A DNA stretch of 63,138 nt, the filler included, from Neoconidiobolus thromboides FSU 785 (Eukaryota; Fungi; Entomophthoromycota): NCBI GenBank assembly GCA_025603075.1. It is 9 parts of 9 records of this genome, joined end to end, with 100 filler letters (N's around TTAATTAATTAA, not from the genome) between each part and the next. Parts side by side here need not be neighbours in the genome. Positions count along the whole stretch, not along the records: positions 45,668 to 52,127 come from MU626731.1; positions 52,228 to 54,180 come from MU626898.1; positions 54,281 to 55,777 come from MU626957.1; positions 55,878 to 63,138 come from MU626707.1; 5 more parts are not named here. One strand, 5' to 3'. How positions within the stretch are numbered: the first letter of the stretch is position 1; each line of letters opens with the position of its first letter. The notes below the pieces were generated by a model, which saw nothing but the letters and a program-made list of their open reading frames with translations, was not told the origin of the DNA and searched no databases. Shown in pieces: positions 47,259-59,146 of this stretch. The position numbers and the translations under genes are program-made.

Positions 47259-48090
47259 ACAGAGTGAAAAAAATTGGTGACTTCATACTTATAAATTCTT
47301 ATGCTTGAATGCTTTATATGAGTCTTCAAATCGTAAACCTTAAGTTTTTAAAGATTCTAGCTTATAACATTATTCAGAAAGTGATTGAGCTGTGCTATAA
47401 ACACAAAACTTGTATATAAATTTATGAAGTTGGCAAATGTTTTAAATCAGGTTTAAGATGTGGCAATTAAATTTATACATAATGTGATTCTAAGTAAGCA
47501 GGATCTATCTATATATGGACTTAAAGATTAAAAAACATCGTTAATTAAATTTCAAAAAATATGTCCACCTATGAAATTTTTGGATTGAGCTCCTGACTAT
47601 TCTATAGCAATGGTTTTTTATTCCGATATAACAACTTATATTTCTAATTCTGTTACATAAATCAAAATTATAAAACAAAAAATATTTTATACATATTTAA
47701 AAAAATTGTATATTACCTTTAAATTTCTTAGTTTTATATGCTAAAAATTAGTTTAATAGAAATGGTTTTTATTTTAATAAAAAGCAATCTGTTTTTTCGC
47801 TTTAATAAATAAAGATAAGAACTTTATCTTCTACACTATTTAGGTTAGAGCATAAAGTGGAAATCATTGTAGAACTGGTTGCATTTAGATATCATTCGTT
47901 GTTTTAATTTATCAATTTCTTTTATATAAATTTAGGCTTTTAGTTTACTTGTAGCTCTTATATTTACATAAAAAATTAAAAATAAAACAAACAATAACAA
48001 GCATCCAAATGTAACTAGTTTTTTCAGCGTTTTCCCATTAACTTTATAAATTCATTCTAAAATGGTACTTAAATTGCTTTTTTTACAAAT

Positions 48091-48186
48091 GGGAATGTTT
48101 TTTTTGACTTCATTATTTTTCCATCTTTAAGCGCTATTTGGGTGGAAAATTGTTAGTAAAATTCTTAAATATAAAAATACATCCCC
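48091..48186 (+). mobile_element. MITE family A copy
   Basis: TSD AAAT/AAAT. Confidence 0.88.
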
Positions 48187-48863
48187 AAATAATATTTGAA
48201 AATTGCCCCATTAGGGAATATATTAAATCAAATCATGTTTCTATAATTTTTTAATACATCACTAGAAAAACGAAGTATATTTACTGTATTTTAGCGAAAA
48301 CTAGTTACAAAACTTTGAAACTCAAAGCAATGAAGTTAAATGGAAAATATCGTATTATATAAATATGTTGGAAAAAAATAAAAAAATAAATGCGGCAATA
48401 TAATATTTGAAAAATAAAAAAAAAGATTAAGCATGATATATTATTTTAATATACATCAAATTCTTTAAAAACACTAAATTGATTACTTATTTAAATGTTT
48501 CTAAAAGGCACGTTTAGCTTAAATTAATAGCAAGAAAAACTACTTACATTGCAGATATAACAAGCAGATTGTTATATTGATGAAGCGTGCTACCTTATAT
48601 TGATTTGTTATGTTGCTTACTAAATTCCATTAGCTCTTCATTAATTTCATATAAAGAGTTAGATTTACAATAACACTCGTTCTTCTATAAAACTGCATCA
48701 TATTAATTTATTCTTGAATCATAGCTCTCATTCGCATCCTGACCTATTCTCATGAGTATAAACCAAATGCAGTATTAATACAATGGCTAAAAATAAAATA
48801 TTCTCTAAAACTTAAAAAAGTGACTACACTAAGAAGGATTAATTGAAATAGAGTAGAATATAT

Positions 48864-48908
48864 GGGGATGTCTAGATTTTTTTGATTTTTTATCCAATTT
48901 TTAAATAT
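48864..48908 (+). mobile_element. Family C terminus (GGGGATGTCTAG...), cut by LTR copy 4
   Basis: ATAT|GGGGATGTCTAGATT...ATCCAATT resembles 55574 onward and the left end of the MITE. Confidence 0.65.
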
Positions 48909-49372
48909 CGTGAAATCTGGTACTCAATGTTTGGAGCCAAGAACAGCTATTGCTGGGTTGACCAGACTATAAGCTGAAAGGTCTTAGTTTGTGTGACTAA
49001 GATAGACTTGGATTATGAAAAATAGTACGTAATAGGCTAAAGACTATGCAGAACAAATAAAATAGACAATACTAATGTAAAATCTAGGTAAAATACTATT
49101 AAGAAAACTTGGTGGCTTTATTAAATGTTCGAGATATCAGGAAATAATTCAGTTAAAAAGCTTCGAACTACTATACTCTGTAAACTCTTTTATACTCCGG
49201 TAAGTATAAGTATCAAAACGAGGGGAGAATATTCTTTGAGACGAAGATAGAAATTCTCATATCAAATCAAACTAAGAACGTGGGGTTGATTTTCTCTGAA
49301 CTCGAGAACACAACAGCTTAGGCGATTGTTATGCTATAACTAACCATGGGACTGACAAAGCGATATTTCACA
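48909..49372 (-). mobile_element. Solo-LTR-like element family B, copy 4 (464 bp)
   Basis: Full-length homologue of copy 2. Flanks do not match, suggesting an adjacent deletion or recombination. Confidence 0.85.
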
Positions 49373-49584
49373 CAATCAATGTAAACTTTGTCTATTGTTT
49401 TATCATCTTTTAAATATAATACACCAAAACCTAATACTGATATAGCTTGTTTATTATGATGATCTAGATTTATTGAATCTGATCTTGTTCCTATTTCCAT
49501 ATTTTTTTTAAAATCTAAAATCATTATACAACTTTTATTATTTAATTTTTTAATAGTTTCTTTAAATGTGTTTTTTTGAGTATT
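49373..49584 (-). pseudogene. DDE-type DNA transposase remnant (~70 open codons)
   Basis: NTQKNTFKETIKKLNNKSCIMILDFKKNMEIGTRSDSINLDHHNKQAISVLGFGVLYLKDDKTIDKVYID: hydrophobic-DF(K)xN first-Asp motif followed by ..S(V)LG beta strands. Recognised by eye only. Confidence 0.55.
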
Positions 49585-49600
49585 AATATAAAATTTATGT

Positions 49601-49702
49601 GGGGGTACTTTTTGGTTTTCTCACTTTTTCCATTTTTAAAGTGCTATTCTATTCAAGTGGAAAAGTTGCTAGTAAAATTCATAAACAAAAAAACACATCC
49701 TC
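49601..49702 (+). mobile_element. MITE family A copy abutting the transposase remnant
   Basis: GGGGGTAC...ACATCCTC; no TSD match. Confidence 0.8.
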
Positions 49703-49955
49703 AAACCTTGATAAAATAGTTGAATTATTTAATAAATATTGTATAACTTCAATTTGCCCATTTTTGATTTTTTTACATTTTTAATAATAGGTTGTAGTGT
49801 TAGTATTTTATCATTATCAGATATTTTTAAATAGTCATATTGATTTCTACTTATATTGAATCCAAGACTTTTACATTTGTCAAAAGAATATACTGAGGCT
49901 ATAGTTACTAATAATGCTGCTTACTGGTTTTTACTTCATATTTCTTCTAATATAT

Positions 49956-50052
49956 GGGGATATATTTTTGTATTTAAGAATTTTGCTAACAATATTTCCA
50001 CTCAAATAGTGCTTAAAAAATGGAAAGGTAATGAAACCAAAAAAACATCCAC
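49956..50052 (-). mobile_element. MITE family A copy
   Basis: Flanks ATAT/ATAA. Confidence 0.85.
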
Positions 50053-50923
50053 ATAATTAAAAAAATCAGCTATTTAAATAGAATAATTAAACCTTTTAAA
50101 TAAAAAGATTCAACTTCAAGCTTTTTTAAATTTAACCAATCACACACTAAGAACTTATTAATTTAAACTTAAAGTTTGAATTAATTTTTAAGAAATTTTG
50201 AAATAATTTGGGTATCCTCGTATACTATTAATGCTTAATAATAAAATAAAACCTAAAAATAATATTTTAGCACTTATTTTATACATTTTTATTATTATTA
50301 GCTTGTGACTGAGATAAAAACTACACAAAAAAAGTGCGAATTCTTATTTCATAACCTAGTATAAGAGATGAGGAATTATAAGTAGTATTCAAAGGGTAAA
50401 AAAGGCCAACTGCCCATCTACAACCATTACAATATTAAAATACCGATTTGATAACATGCTTACCAGCATTTTTATTAAAACTACTTATTCTAGGAACAAA
50501 AAATAGATTGGAAATAGATTACTTATAGTTTTAACGTTAAGTTTGTATAATGTCCCTATTTTTTTAGAATAAAAGCATAAGCAGATGAGAGACGTTCTAG
50601 TGCTAAATATTGTCCTTCCTTATTCAAGATCTAAAGTTCAAACCTTGACGAGCCAAAAAAGTGTCAATAATCCTTTAAGGGAGTGGAGTTTACATCGCCT
50701 ATCAAAGTAACAAAAAGCCTACACTCTCCGCTATAGTCCTCTCATAATCTCTAGATCTTCAGTCTTTCTTTAGATACTATACAAATTGATTTTTTTAAAA
50801 TCCTTATACTGCCTTCAATAAACCAGAACATCCAATGTGAATAAATAAGAATAAAATCTGGTATTTTCAATGGGACGCATCAATAATCAGCCTGATTTTT
50901 GTTATTGGAATAAATTATAATAT

Positions 50924-51022
50924 GGGGATGATTTTTTTAGTTTCATTGCTTTTTCCATTTTTTAAGCCCTATTTGAGCGGAAAAATTGTTAGCAAAATTC
51001 TTAAACATAAAAATACATCCTC
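50924..51022 (+). mobile_element. MITE family A copy
   Basis: TSD ATAT/ATAT. Confidence 0.88.
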
Positions 51023-51261
51023 ATATAGTATCTATATTCAATCAATAGAACCAATATTTATACATAAATTAATAGATACGTAACAAATACATATGTAAAA
51101 AAATCTTTAACTACCAGCTCCTAATTTAGAAGGATTTTTTTATAAACTACTTCAAGCTTGAGTGATAAGAAACTTGAGGTATCAAAATTATTTAAGTTAA
51201 TATTGACAAAAGCTTCGGCCTTTTATTATCTAAATTCAAGTTAGTTTATTTATACTTATCC

Positions 51262-52127
51262 TTACACGAAGCTACTCATAGTATCTATGTCATTACAAGA
51301 CCTTTTCCTATTAACAAATCTTAAATAGATTTCCTTAACTGCTGAATGTATAGTAGGATCACAACAAAAAGCGATAAAATTAAGTGTTCCTAGCATTCCT
51401 AAAGTAATATAAGTAAAAGCATCTAAACCGAGAAAGTCAGCACCACTTAGATCATAGATCGTTTTGCCTAATGCTAGACCAATATGAGTGAATATCATGA
51501 TTATCGGGTATAATAAACTAAACTTCTTTTAGTAAGTTACGCATGATGTTATAAGACCTTACATTCTAGAAGCAAGCAGCTTAATGTGTTTGATACTTTC
51601 AAGTAATCGGCTATTATCCGTTGCCAGTTTTTGCTCTTCTGTTATAGTTAATCCACGATATAATTTTATCAATACTAAAATCACAACGATTAACAAATAA
51701 GCCATACAAACAAACATAACTAAAGGGTTGGTAAAGAAATGAAATGTTCTAGCAAAAGCTTCATCGTCTGTTTTAAGATAACATCCATTGAAATCACTAT
51801 ATCCAAACAGTCCCATAGCTATATAGATTATATTAGTATAAATTTATAAGTACATAAGAGATTAATATACCAAGTGGTGGAATAGTAACTATTAGAGTAA
51901 GTAAAATGGATCCAATCCAGTAAGCTGCTTCAATTTTATTTGTCGTTTTAACTCCATGTATAAAAACTAATTGTAAATTGATTCCAATACAAAGGTTAAG
52001 AAAGCAATAAAGTAAAGGAAAAGCCACACCTTGGTAGCCAATAAAAGGGCATAATGTTGATTCGGGAGTAGCATATACGCGAGCCCAAAGTGGGACAGAA
52101 TGTAACCAGATATCATAGCATGAAATA
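51262..52127 (-). CDS. 7TM receptor B, paralogue of A (5' end in gap), at least 3 exons
   Basis: ISCYDIWLHS...CFLNLCIGINLQLVFIHG...IPPL|AMGLFGY...ASRILLYPII...GTLNFIAFCCDPTIH. Same intron position as receptor A. Confidence 0.82.
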
Positions 52128-52227
52128 NNNNNNNNNNNNNNNNNNNNNNNNNNNNNNNNNNNNNNNNNNNNTTAATTAATTAANNNNNNNNNNNNNNNNN
52201 NNNNNNNNNNNNNNNNNNNNNNNNNNN

Positions 52228-52321
52228 CTGTTTTTTTTAGTTTCATTATTTTTCCATTTTTTAAGCGCTATTTATGTGGAAAAATTGTCAGTAAAATTCT
52301 TAAATACAAAAATACATCCCC
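52228..52321 (+). mobile_element. MITE family A copy (left end at gap)
   Basis: Internal consensus plus ACATCCCC. Confidence 0.85.
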
Positions 52322-53879
52322 AGATAGTTAACATACCAATGATATTTTACTACCAATAAAGCATGTGCCTTTAGGTTCAAAATCTTAATAAAAAACATGT
52401 ATAAACGATATGGTTAGAAGGATGTACCACAAATAGAAGAATTTTTTGGACTATTTACTCTAATTTGAATCAATAGAGAGTAAACGATTAAAAAGTACAA
52501 TCAAAACCAAATTTATATGATCAGACTCTTCTCATTGACAATACTTTAGCTGCGACTATCTTTTAATCAACTCACAACAAAAGTAATTTAATAGCTTTCT
52601 AGATTTATTTACCGACCTTATTTATAATGGATTTCAGACTTACATCAAGACAAGATAAGTAATTTAGTTAACAAATACTATAAATTCAATATTTACTATA
52701 AAAAGGTAAAGAGTAAAATTATCTTTGACAGTTTGTTTATTTATAATAAGCCTTGAATGAACTTTGAGCCATTGCTTTTGGCCTTTTTAATATATTTACT
52801 GTCTCTTTAAATACCCAAATTTGTTCTTCAGCATATCTACTGCTCCTTTTATAGTCTAAGTCTTAATACTATGATAGAAATAGTTACAGATAACAAATCA
52901 AAGTATAAATACGGATAATAAAGCAAAAAGAAGTCAAAAACAAAGTTGTAGGTTTTATTTTCGAATCATTGAAGTAGCGCGAACATCAAGACAATTTCCA
53001 GTGTAATTTTTTTATTTGGTATTTAATTTCATAGCATTGAAATAATTTAATAACCCTATTGAATATTCATTAACTAGAATATTGAAGCTTACATAAATCC
53101 ATTTTTCAAAGTAAGCCAATCAAATCCCAATATTTACTCTGACTACACTACCTAAGTTCAAAGTACTTAACAAAATCTTAAAGCGTCTAATAATGGACCT
53201 AAAAAATTATTTAAAAAGATCTGCTTATAAATGAAATAAAAAAAGGGTTAAATAATAATAAAACCAAATACCCATTTTAAGCCTTTTAGTAAATCCTTAT
53301 TTATCATAAAGAGGCAACAGACTTAGTCAAAATTTAAACAATAGAATTGAAAATCACTGATAATCAAAATAACAAGAGAGATAGGAATTTAGTAACATAT
53401 TCTCACCTAGGCTTATTTTCAATTGTTTCCTTTTTATTACATTAGAATTGGAATAAATGAATAAAAATGATTGTCTCTTGTTTGTGGTATATCCATTTAA
53501 CTACCCCACCTGTTTATAATATAAACAAATAAATACAAGTGAAAAACATTTTTATAAAAATCAAAATTAAAATTTGAATTTAAATGCGATCAAAGATAGT
53601 TTATAGATTCTTTTTAATGCTGTGGGATGTTTACAATATACTCATAATGAGTAAAGTGTTTTAGGTTAGGTTAGCTTATTGTTATTTAAATTGGGTTGTA
53701 TTTCTTACTTTTATTTAACTAGCTCCAACTCACATTTTAGTCATCCATGTATGTATATACATATATATTGATAAATAAAGTTATTATCACCACTGGTTTT
53801 ATACTGGCTTTAAAACTAAACTATTAATTTGAATTTTTATTAGATACAGGGTTAAATATGATTATAAAAGATCTTTTAT

Positions 53880-54180
53880 TTAAGCACTAATACTTAAATT
53901 GTTAGGATGGCTACCATTTGTAAATAAAGGAATAAACTCGTCCGAGGACTCTAAGTGTAAAGTTGGAATGAATAATGGATTAATAATAGTAACTAAAAAG
54001 AAAAAGAGAAAAGAGATAGAATCAATAATTTCCCTATTGGCAATTTTATATTTTGTTGACTCAATTGTAATCATAGTGACCTCAGGTAATAATGAAAAGA
54101 TATATGCGATAGAAATTAAGAGTAAGCCTAAAATAGGATGGTACTGTTGACAAAAGGATTTCTTATTTACTTTAAATAAA
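53880..54180 (-). CDS. Class-A (rhodopsin-like) GPCR-like C-terminal fragment (TM6-TM7; 5' part in gap)
   Basis: Frame open from the gap: ...QYHPILGLLLISIAYIFSLLPEVT...SFLFFFLVTIINPLFIPTLH...*. TM6 F..LP and TM7 NP motifs. Confidence 0.6.
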
Positions 54181-54840
54181 NNNNNNNNNNNNNNNNNNNN
54201 NNNNNNNNNNNNNNNNNNNNNNNNTTAATTAATTAANNNNNNNNNNNNNNNNNNNNNNNNNNNNNNNNNNNNNNNNNNNNCTTAAAATACAAAAAGCTTC
54301 AGTAGAGCTTTACAAGAAAATAAGAAAAGGCGTATTACTGAAGAGTATAAGATCTAATCCGACTCCAGAAGTATAGAGTTAGACTTTTAATATACTATTT
54401 CCAGCTACCATTATGAAATAATATAACCGTGATATGGATAGTTTTATTTAAAGCTACAATCTTTCAAGAATAAACACAGAGTATTTTTAAAATTACTATC
54501 AAAAAAAGAACAATATTTGAGAAATAAAATAGCATACCAATTTATTATAATATTAAAGTAATTTATTATTTTTATTGTGTTTTTATGTTAGGTTAAGAAA
54601 ATTGCTAATACTGAAACAGGCAGGAAATTGGTCTAACTAACATCTTTTTATGATATAAAAATGGTAGTTAATATGATAGTACATTCTTTAAAAGCCAATG
54701 GTGTTAATAGGTTATTGACATTTTAAATTAATCTAATATTTTTTAAATTACCTAGATTTTTAAAAAATTTTAAAAATTTCTAACAAAAATAAAAATAAAG
54801 CTAAAAAATTATTTTATTGAAACTAATACACTGTTCTAAT

Positions 54841-54918
54841 CTTAACCTAAATTTAATCACTAACTCTAACTTTAACTTTAACTTTAACTTTAACTTTAAC
54901 TTTAACTCAATCTTAACT
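54841..54918. repeat. Hexamer tandem array (TTTAAC)6 with degenerate CTTAAC/ACTAAC/TCTAAC flanks
   Basis: Six perfect units at 54871-54906. Confidence 0.9.
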
Positions 54919-55094
54919 TGTTTAACAACTTTAAAATTAATGTAATTTTAGCTACAGCTCTAATCCTCACTTATTTGGCTTTAACTTATTTTAATAAAAT
55001 CAATGATAATAAAGTTTTTATAAAAAATTAATAAGTCATTTTTGAAATGGTTTAAAAAAACTACTAAATTAAACTTTACTCTAAACATCAAAGT

Positions 55095-55551
55095 TGTGGA
55101 ATATCGCTTTATCAGCTCCATGATTAAGTATAGCATAATAATCACTCAAATTGTTATCTTCTCAAGATAATCAATCCTATGCTCTTATTTTGATTTGCTA
55201 CGAGAATTTCTAACTTCGCCTCAAACAATGTTATCCTCTCATTTTGATATCTATACTTGTTGGAATATAAAAGAGATTCTAAAACATAGTAACTCAAAGC
55301 TTTTTAAGTGATTTATTTCCTGATATCTCGTACATTTAATAAACCCACTAAGTTTTCTTAATAGTATTTTACTTAGATTTTACATTAGTATTATCTGTTA
55401 TATTTGTCTTACATAGGATATAGCCTATTACGTACTATTCTTCATAATCGAAGTCTATCTTAGTCACATAAACTAAGACCTTTCAACTTATAGTGTAGTC
55501 AACCAATTAATGACTGTTCTTGACTCCAATCACCGAGTATCAGATTTCACA
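55095..55551 (+). mobile_element. Solo-LTR-like element family B, copy 5 (457 bp)
   Basis: TGTGGAAT...ATTTCACA with a perfect 4-bp TSD AAGT/AAGT. Confidence 0.85.
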
Positions 55552-55573
55552 AAGTACAAAAAGTTAAAGATAT

Positions 55574-55777
55574 GGGATTGTCTAAATTAGTTTCATTATT
55601 TGATCCAATTAAAAAGATTTGTATTTTAAAAACTTCACTTAGAATTCTATAAAAACAAGTTTTTTGTTAAAATAAAAGTGTCCAGACACAGTTCTAAATC
55701 ATTTTATTATGGTTTATGTTATAAGTTAGCTAAATTTCTATTAGATCTTGAATACACATTCTTATAAAACTTTATTA
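55574..55777 (+). mobile_element. Family C terminal segment (runs into gap)
   Basis: ATAT|GGGATTGTCTAAATTAG...; homologous to 29270-29464. Confidence 0.7.
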
Positions 55778-55877
55778 NNNNNNNNNNNNNNNNNNNNNNN
55801 NNNNNNNNNNNNNNNNNNNNNTTAATTAATTAANNNNNNNNNNNNNNNNNNNNNNNNNNNNNNNNNNNNNNNNNNNN

Positions 55878-56465
55878 TTTGCAGTGGAATCTTCCATGTC
55901 AAGGGTTCTTCCAGCTACCTATAAACTAACCCCATCTCAATCCGGTTTAACTTTCGTACCATTAGGTATAGGCAATATAATAGGCAATCTTATTGGTGGA
56001 AAGGTATCTGATATGTCATATCAGAGATTCAAAGCTGAAAACAATGGAAGGAGTCCTCGTCCAGAAGTCAGATTCTATGGTTTATGGTCTGCGTCGCTTA
56101 TTGAAGCAATCGGTTTATTAATGACTGCTTGGTTTGTTACTTTTAAATTTCACTTGGGAGCAGTTTTAGTTGGTGGATTCCTCATTGGATTAGGAAATAC
56201 AATGTCAGTTATTGCTTGCTCAAGTTACCTTGTGGATAACTTTCCGGAGTATGCTAGCTCTATTGCGGCGTGTTTTGGTGCATTTCAATTGATATTTAGT
56301 GCTATACTTACTTCTGTAAATGGTATTTTATTAGAGAAATTAACTTACGGTGGCGGTATTTCATTATACGCTTGTCTTTGTTTCTGTGTTACAATAACGG
56401 TATTTATAATGTTCTATAAAGGAGAAGGCCTTAGACAAAAATTCAACAGATATGATAGGATTTAG
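55878..56465 (+). CDS. MFS DHA1-type transporter, copy 1 (C-terminal half; 5' in gap)
   Basis: Paralogue of 59147-60559: GLTFVPLG.G...GG..SD, PEVR.YG, YLVD.FP.YASS.AA. Confidence 0.9.
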   Translation, partial: FAVESSMSRVLPATYKLTPSQSGLTFVPLGIGNIIGNLIGGKVSDMSYQRFKAENNGRSPRPEVRFYGLWSASLIEAIGLLMTAWFVTFKFHLGAVLVGGFLIGLGNTMSVIACSSYLVDNFPEYASSIAACFGAFQLIFSAILTSVNGILLEKLTYGGGISLYACLCFCVTITVFIMFYKGEGLRQKFNRYDRI

Positions 56466-56860
56466 TATCTATGATCTCTTTATTTTTAAATAACTTAAAA
56501 TAACTTTAGGTTTTATTTCATTTTAAATTTTATATTCTGAATAAAAATAATCGACACTTAACAAATTAGAAATTAAACTAAATTAACTTTTATAATATCA
56601 TACGTTATATAAAAAAAGTCATAAGATTTTATTAACTTTCAGATATTTTGCTATAGCCTTTCAAATGATACAGAAAAGTAAATACTATACTATTAAAATC
56701 TCTGTATATTAAAAGATAACACGTTATATATAATACTCATTCTATAAAATTTATTGCATGATAATTATTTTAAAAATATTATATTGGAACCATCTACAAT
56801 TTAGGATCCTTTTTTTTGTTTAAGAATTTTACTAGCAATTCTCCTACTTAAACAGTATTT

Positions 56861-56958
56861 GGGGATGTATTTTTGTGTTTAAGAATTTTACTAACAATCT
56901 TTCTATTTAAATAGCGCTTAAAAAATGGAAAAGTAATGAAATAAAAAAAAACATCCCT
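56861..56958 (-). mobile_element. MITE family A copy, preceded by a partial copy at about 56809-56855
   Basis: Flanks ATTT/ATAT. Confidence 0.87.
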
Positions 56959-57250
56959 ATATAATGCATATAATGATATTTAGTTATAGCTTTAAAGCTA
57001 ATCACCTCTTTTTACAGCTATTTATTAACTTAGTAATAATGTAGTTATAATTTAAATTTATCTATTTATTTATTTAATAGTAAATCTTTAATGTTAGCTA
57101 TAAAGCAATTAATAGTAAGTATTTTTAATGAAGCTTTATGAAAATACATATTTATTTATATAATATAGCTTTGATTGATATTAATGTATACGTTATATTA
57201 GTAAAGCTTTCATTAACCTGGTGATTTTTAAATTCAATAGAAATTTTAAT

Positions 57251-57349
57251 AAGAGTGTTTTTTTTGACTTCATTACTTTTTCCATCTTTTAAGCACTATT
57301 TAAGTGGAAAAATTCTTAATAAAATTCTTAAATATAAAAATACATTCCC
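57251..57349 (+). mobile_element. MITE family A copy
   Basis: AAGAGTGT...ACATTCCC. Confidence 0.82.
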
Positions 57350-59146
57350 GTATTGCGAAAAATTAGGTCGAATTCAAATTCAAATAAATACCAAAACCCA
57401 AGAATCTAAAATTAAACAAAGTCAAATAATAAATATAAACAAAAAACAAACAAAATTTATATAAAATTTCATTAAATGTTTAAATTATTATTATTGATCA
57501 AATTTAAGCCATCAGATTTTTTTGAATCTTTCAAATCAATTTATTTTTTGGTGAAGTGGGTTAGTAAGCAAGCTTGCTTCTTTACATTCTATTTTATTTA
57601 TTATTCGTTGTTCATTCTATTGGCTTTTCTTTATTTTTGATTAGCTATTGTGTTAGTTTTTTATTTATTGTTTACTTTAAAATAATTTTTGTTGACATTG
57701 TCAAGATTTTTTAATACTACTAAAAAGTATTTGTAGCAAAATTAGGTTATTAAGCTTTAACACAGCCCAATATTCCAACCTAACATTTCAGTCAGCTTCA
57801 CTATTTTTTTAACTTCAAATATTTCAGAATGGTGTACCTATTTTGGAAATATTACAAACTAAAAAGGCTTAAAAAATATTAAAGTTTAATTTTTTCTAAA
57901 ACATGTACTAGACCTAGAAGCCAATAAAAGTTTTATTAGAAAAGTCAAAAGCGATAATAAGAGGAGAAAGTTCATCAAAGATATCATATTTACTTTATGG
58001 AATATTTATCAATTTTTTTGAAGGTTTATTAAACATATTTTGCAAATCATTTATACCGATTTACAAATAAGGCCTGTTTTTAATTATATGGATTCTTAAC
58101 CACAATTTTTATTTTTATTTTCATTAGTATGATCTTCAAATAAGTATTTACGATTTAAAATTTGTAGAATTTGTGTTTTTTTTTTAGAATATTCAAAGAT
58201 ATTAGAAATAGGAAGCGGGTGAAAGACTTTTTTGTTCATTGGAAAATGCCAATGTTCGCTGATTATTACTTTTGACCTGTGTACTCTTTATCTGATATAT
58301 GACAGCTTTTAACTTGTTATGGTTCTATTCTAAGACTTCAATTATTTAAACAAGATAAAATATAATTAAGATTACATTGTTATTATCAGATAATAAAAAA
58401 ATAGATGGAAATCAATACAACATAAATAACACAGATCACTCTAGGGTAGGGGTCAGGAAACATAAATTTTAAACAATGAACTATTTTAGAGAATAGTACT
58501 TTTAATTCCTTGACTTTGATTAACTCAAAAGAAATCATAAATTAATCTTATAATAAGCTTTTAATTTACTATTTTATCTTTGTTATCAAATAAATACAAT
58601 CTTAGGCATATATCAAAAGAAACAATCTCAGCTATACAGTAATGGCAATAATATGGCATAAATTTTATACATCTTTGCTTAAATGATGTGCTTTGCATAT
58701 CACAACATATATATGATTTTAATATTAGTAAAAAATAAAAGATAAGAATAAAATACACACAATATGATGACTTTAATAATTCAGTAATTTGTATAAGAAA
58801 TTAAAGCGCTAATATGTATTTAAAACTAAGATATATAAAAAAATCCTATTAACTGGATAGAATATAGAATTGGATAAACGGGATTGATATGTCATCAATA
58901 TCAATATCAGATTGTATTTAAATAAGAATAAATAAGCGAGTCTTTATATTACTAATAAAAAACGATAGCGTTTGTTGTATTTTTATTCTAGTTCTTATAG
59001 CCTGTTTTAGAATATAAGGTATACAGAATTAAGTTATTGTGATATCATAGCTTAGCATAGAGTATTTTTATAATATGGTGGTATATATAAGCTAAAAAGA
59101 TCAATATTATTGTCTTAAAGTAAATATTTGTATAGCTTAATAGAAT

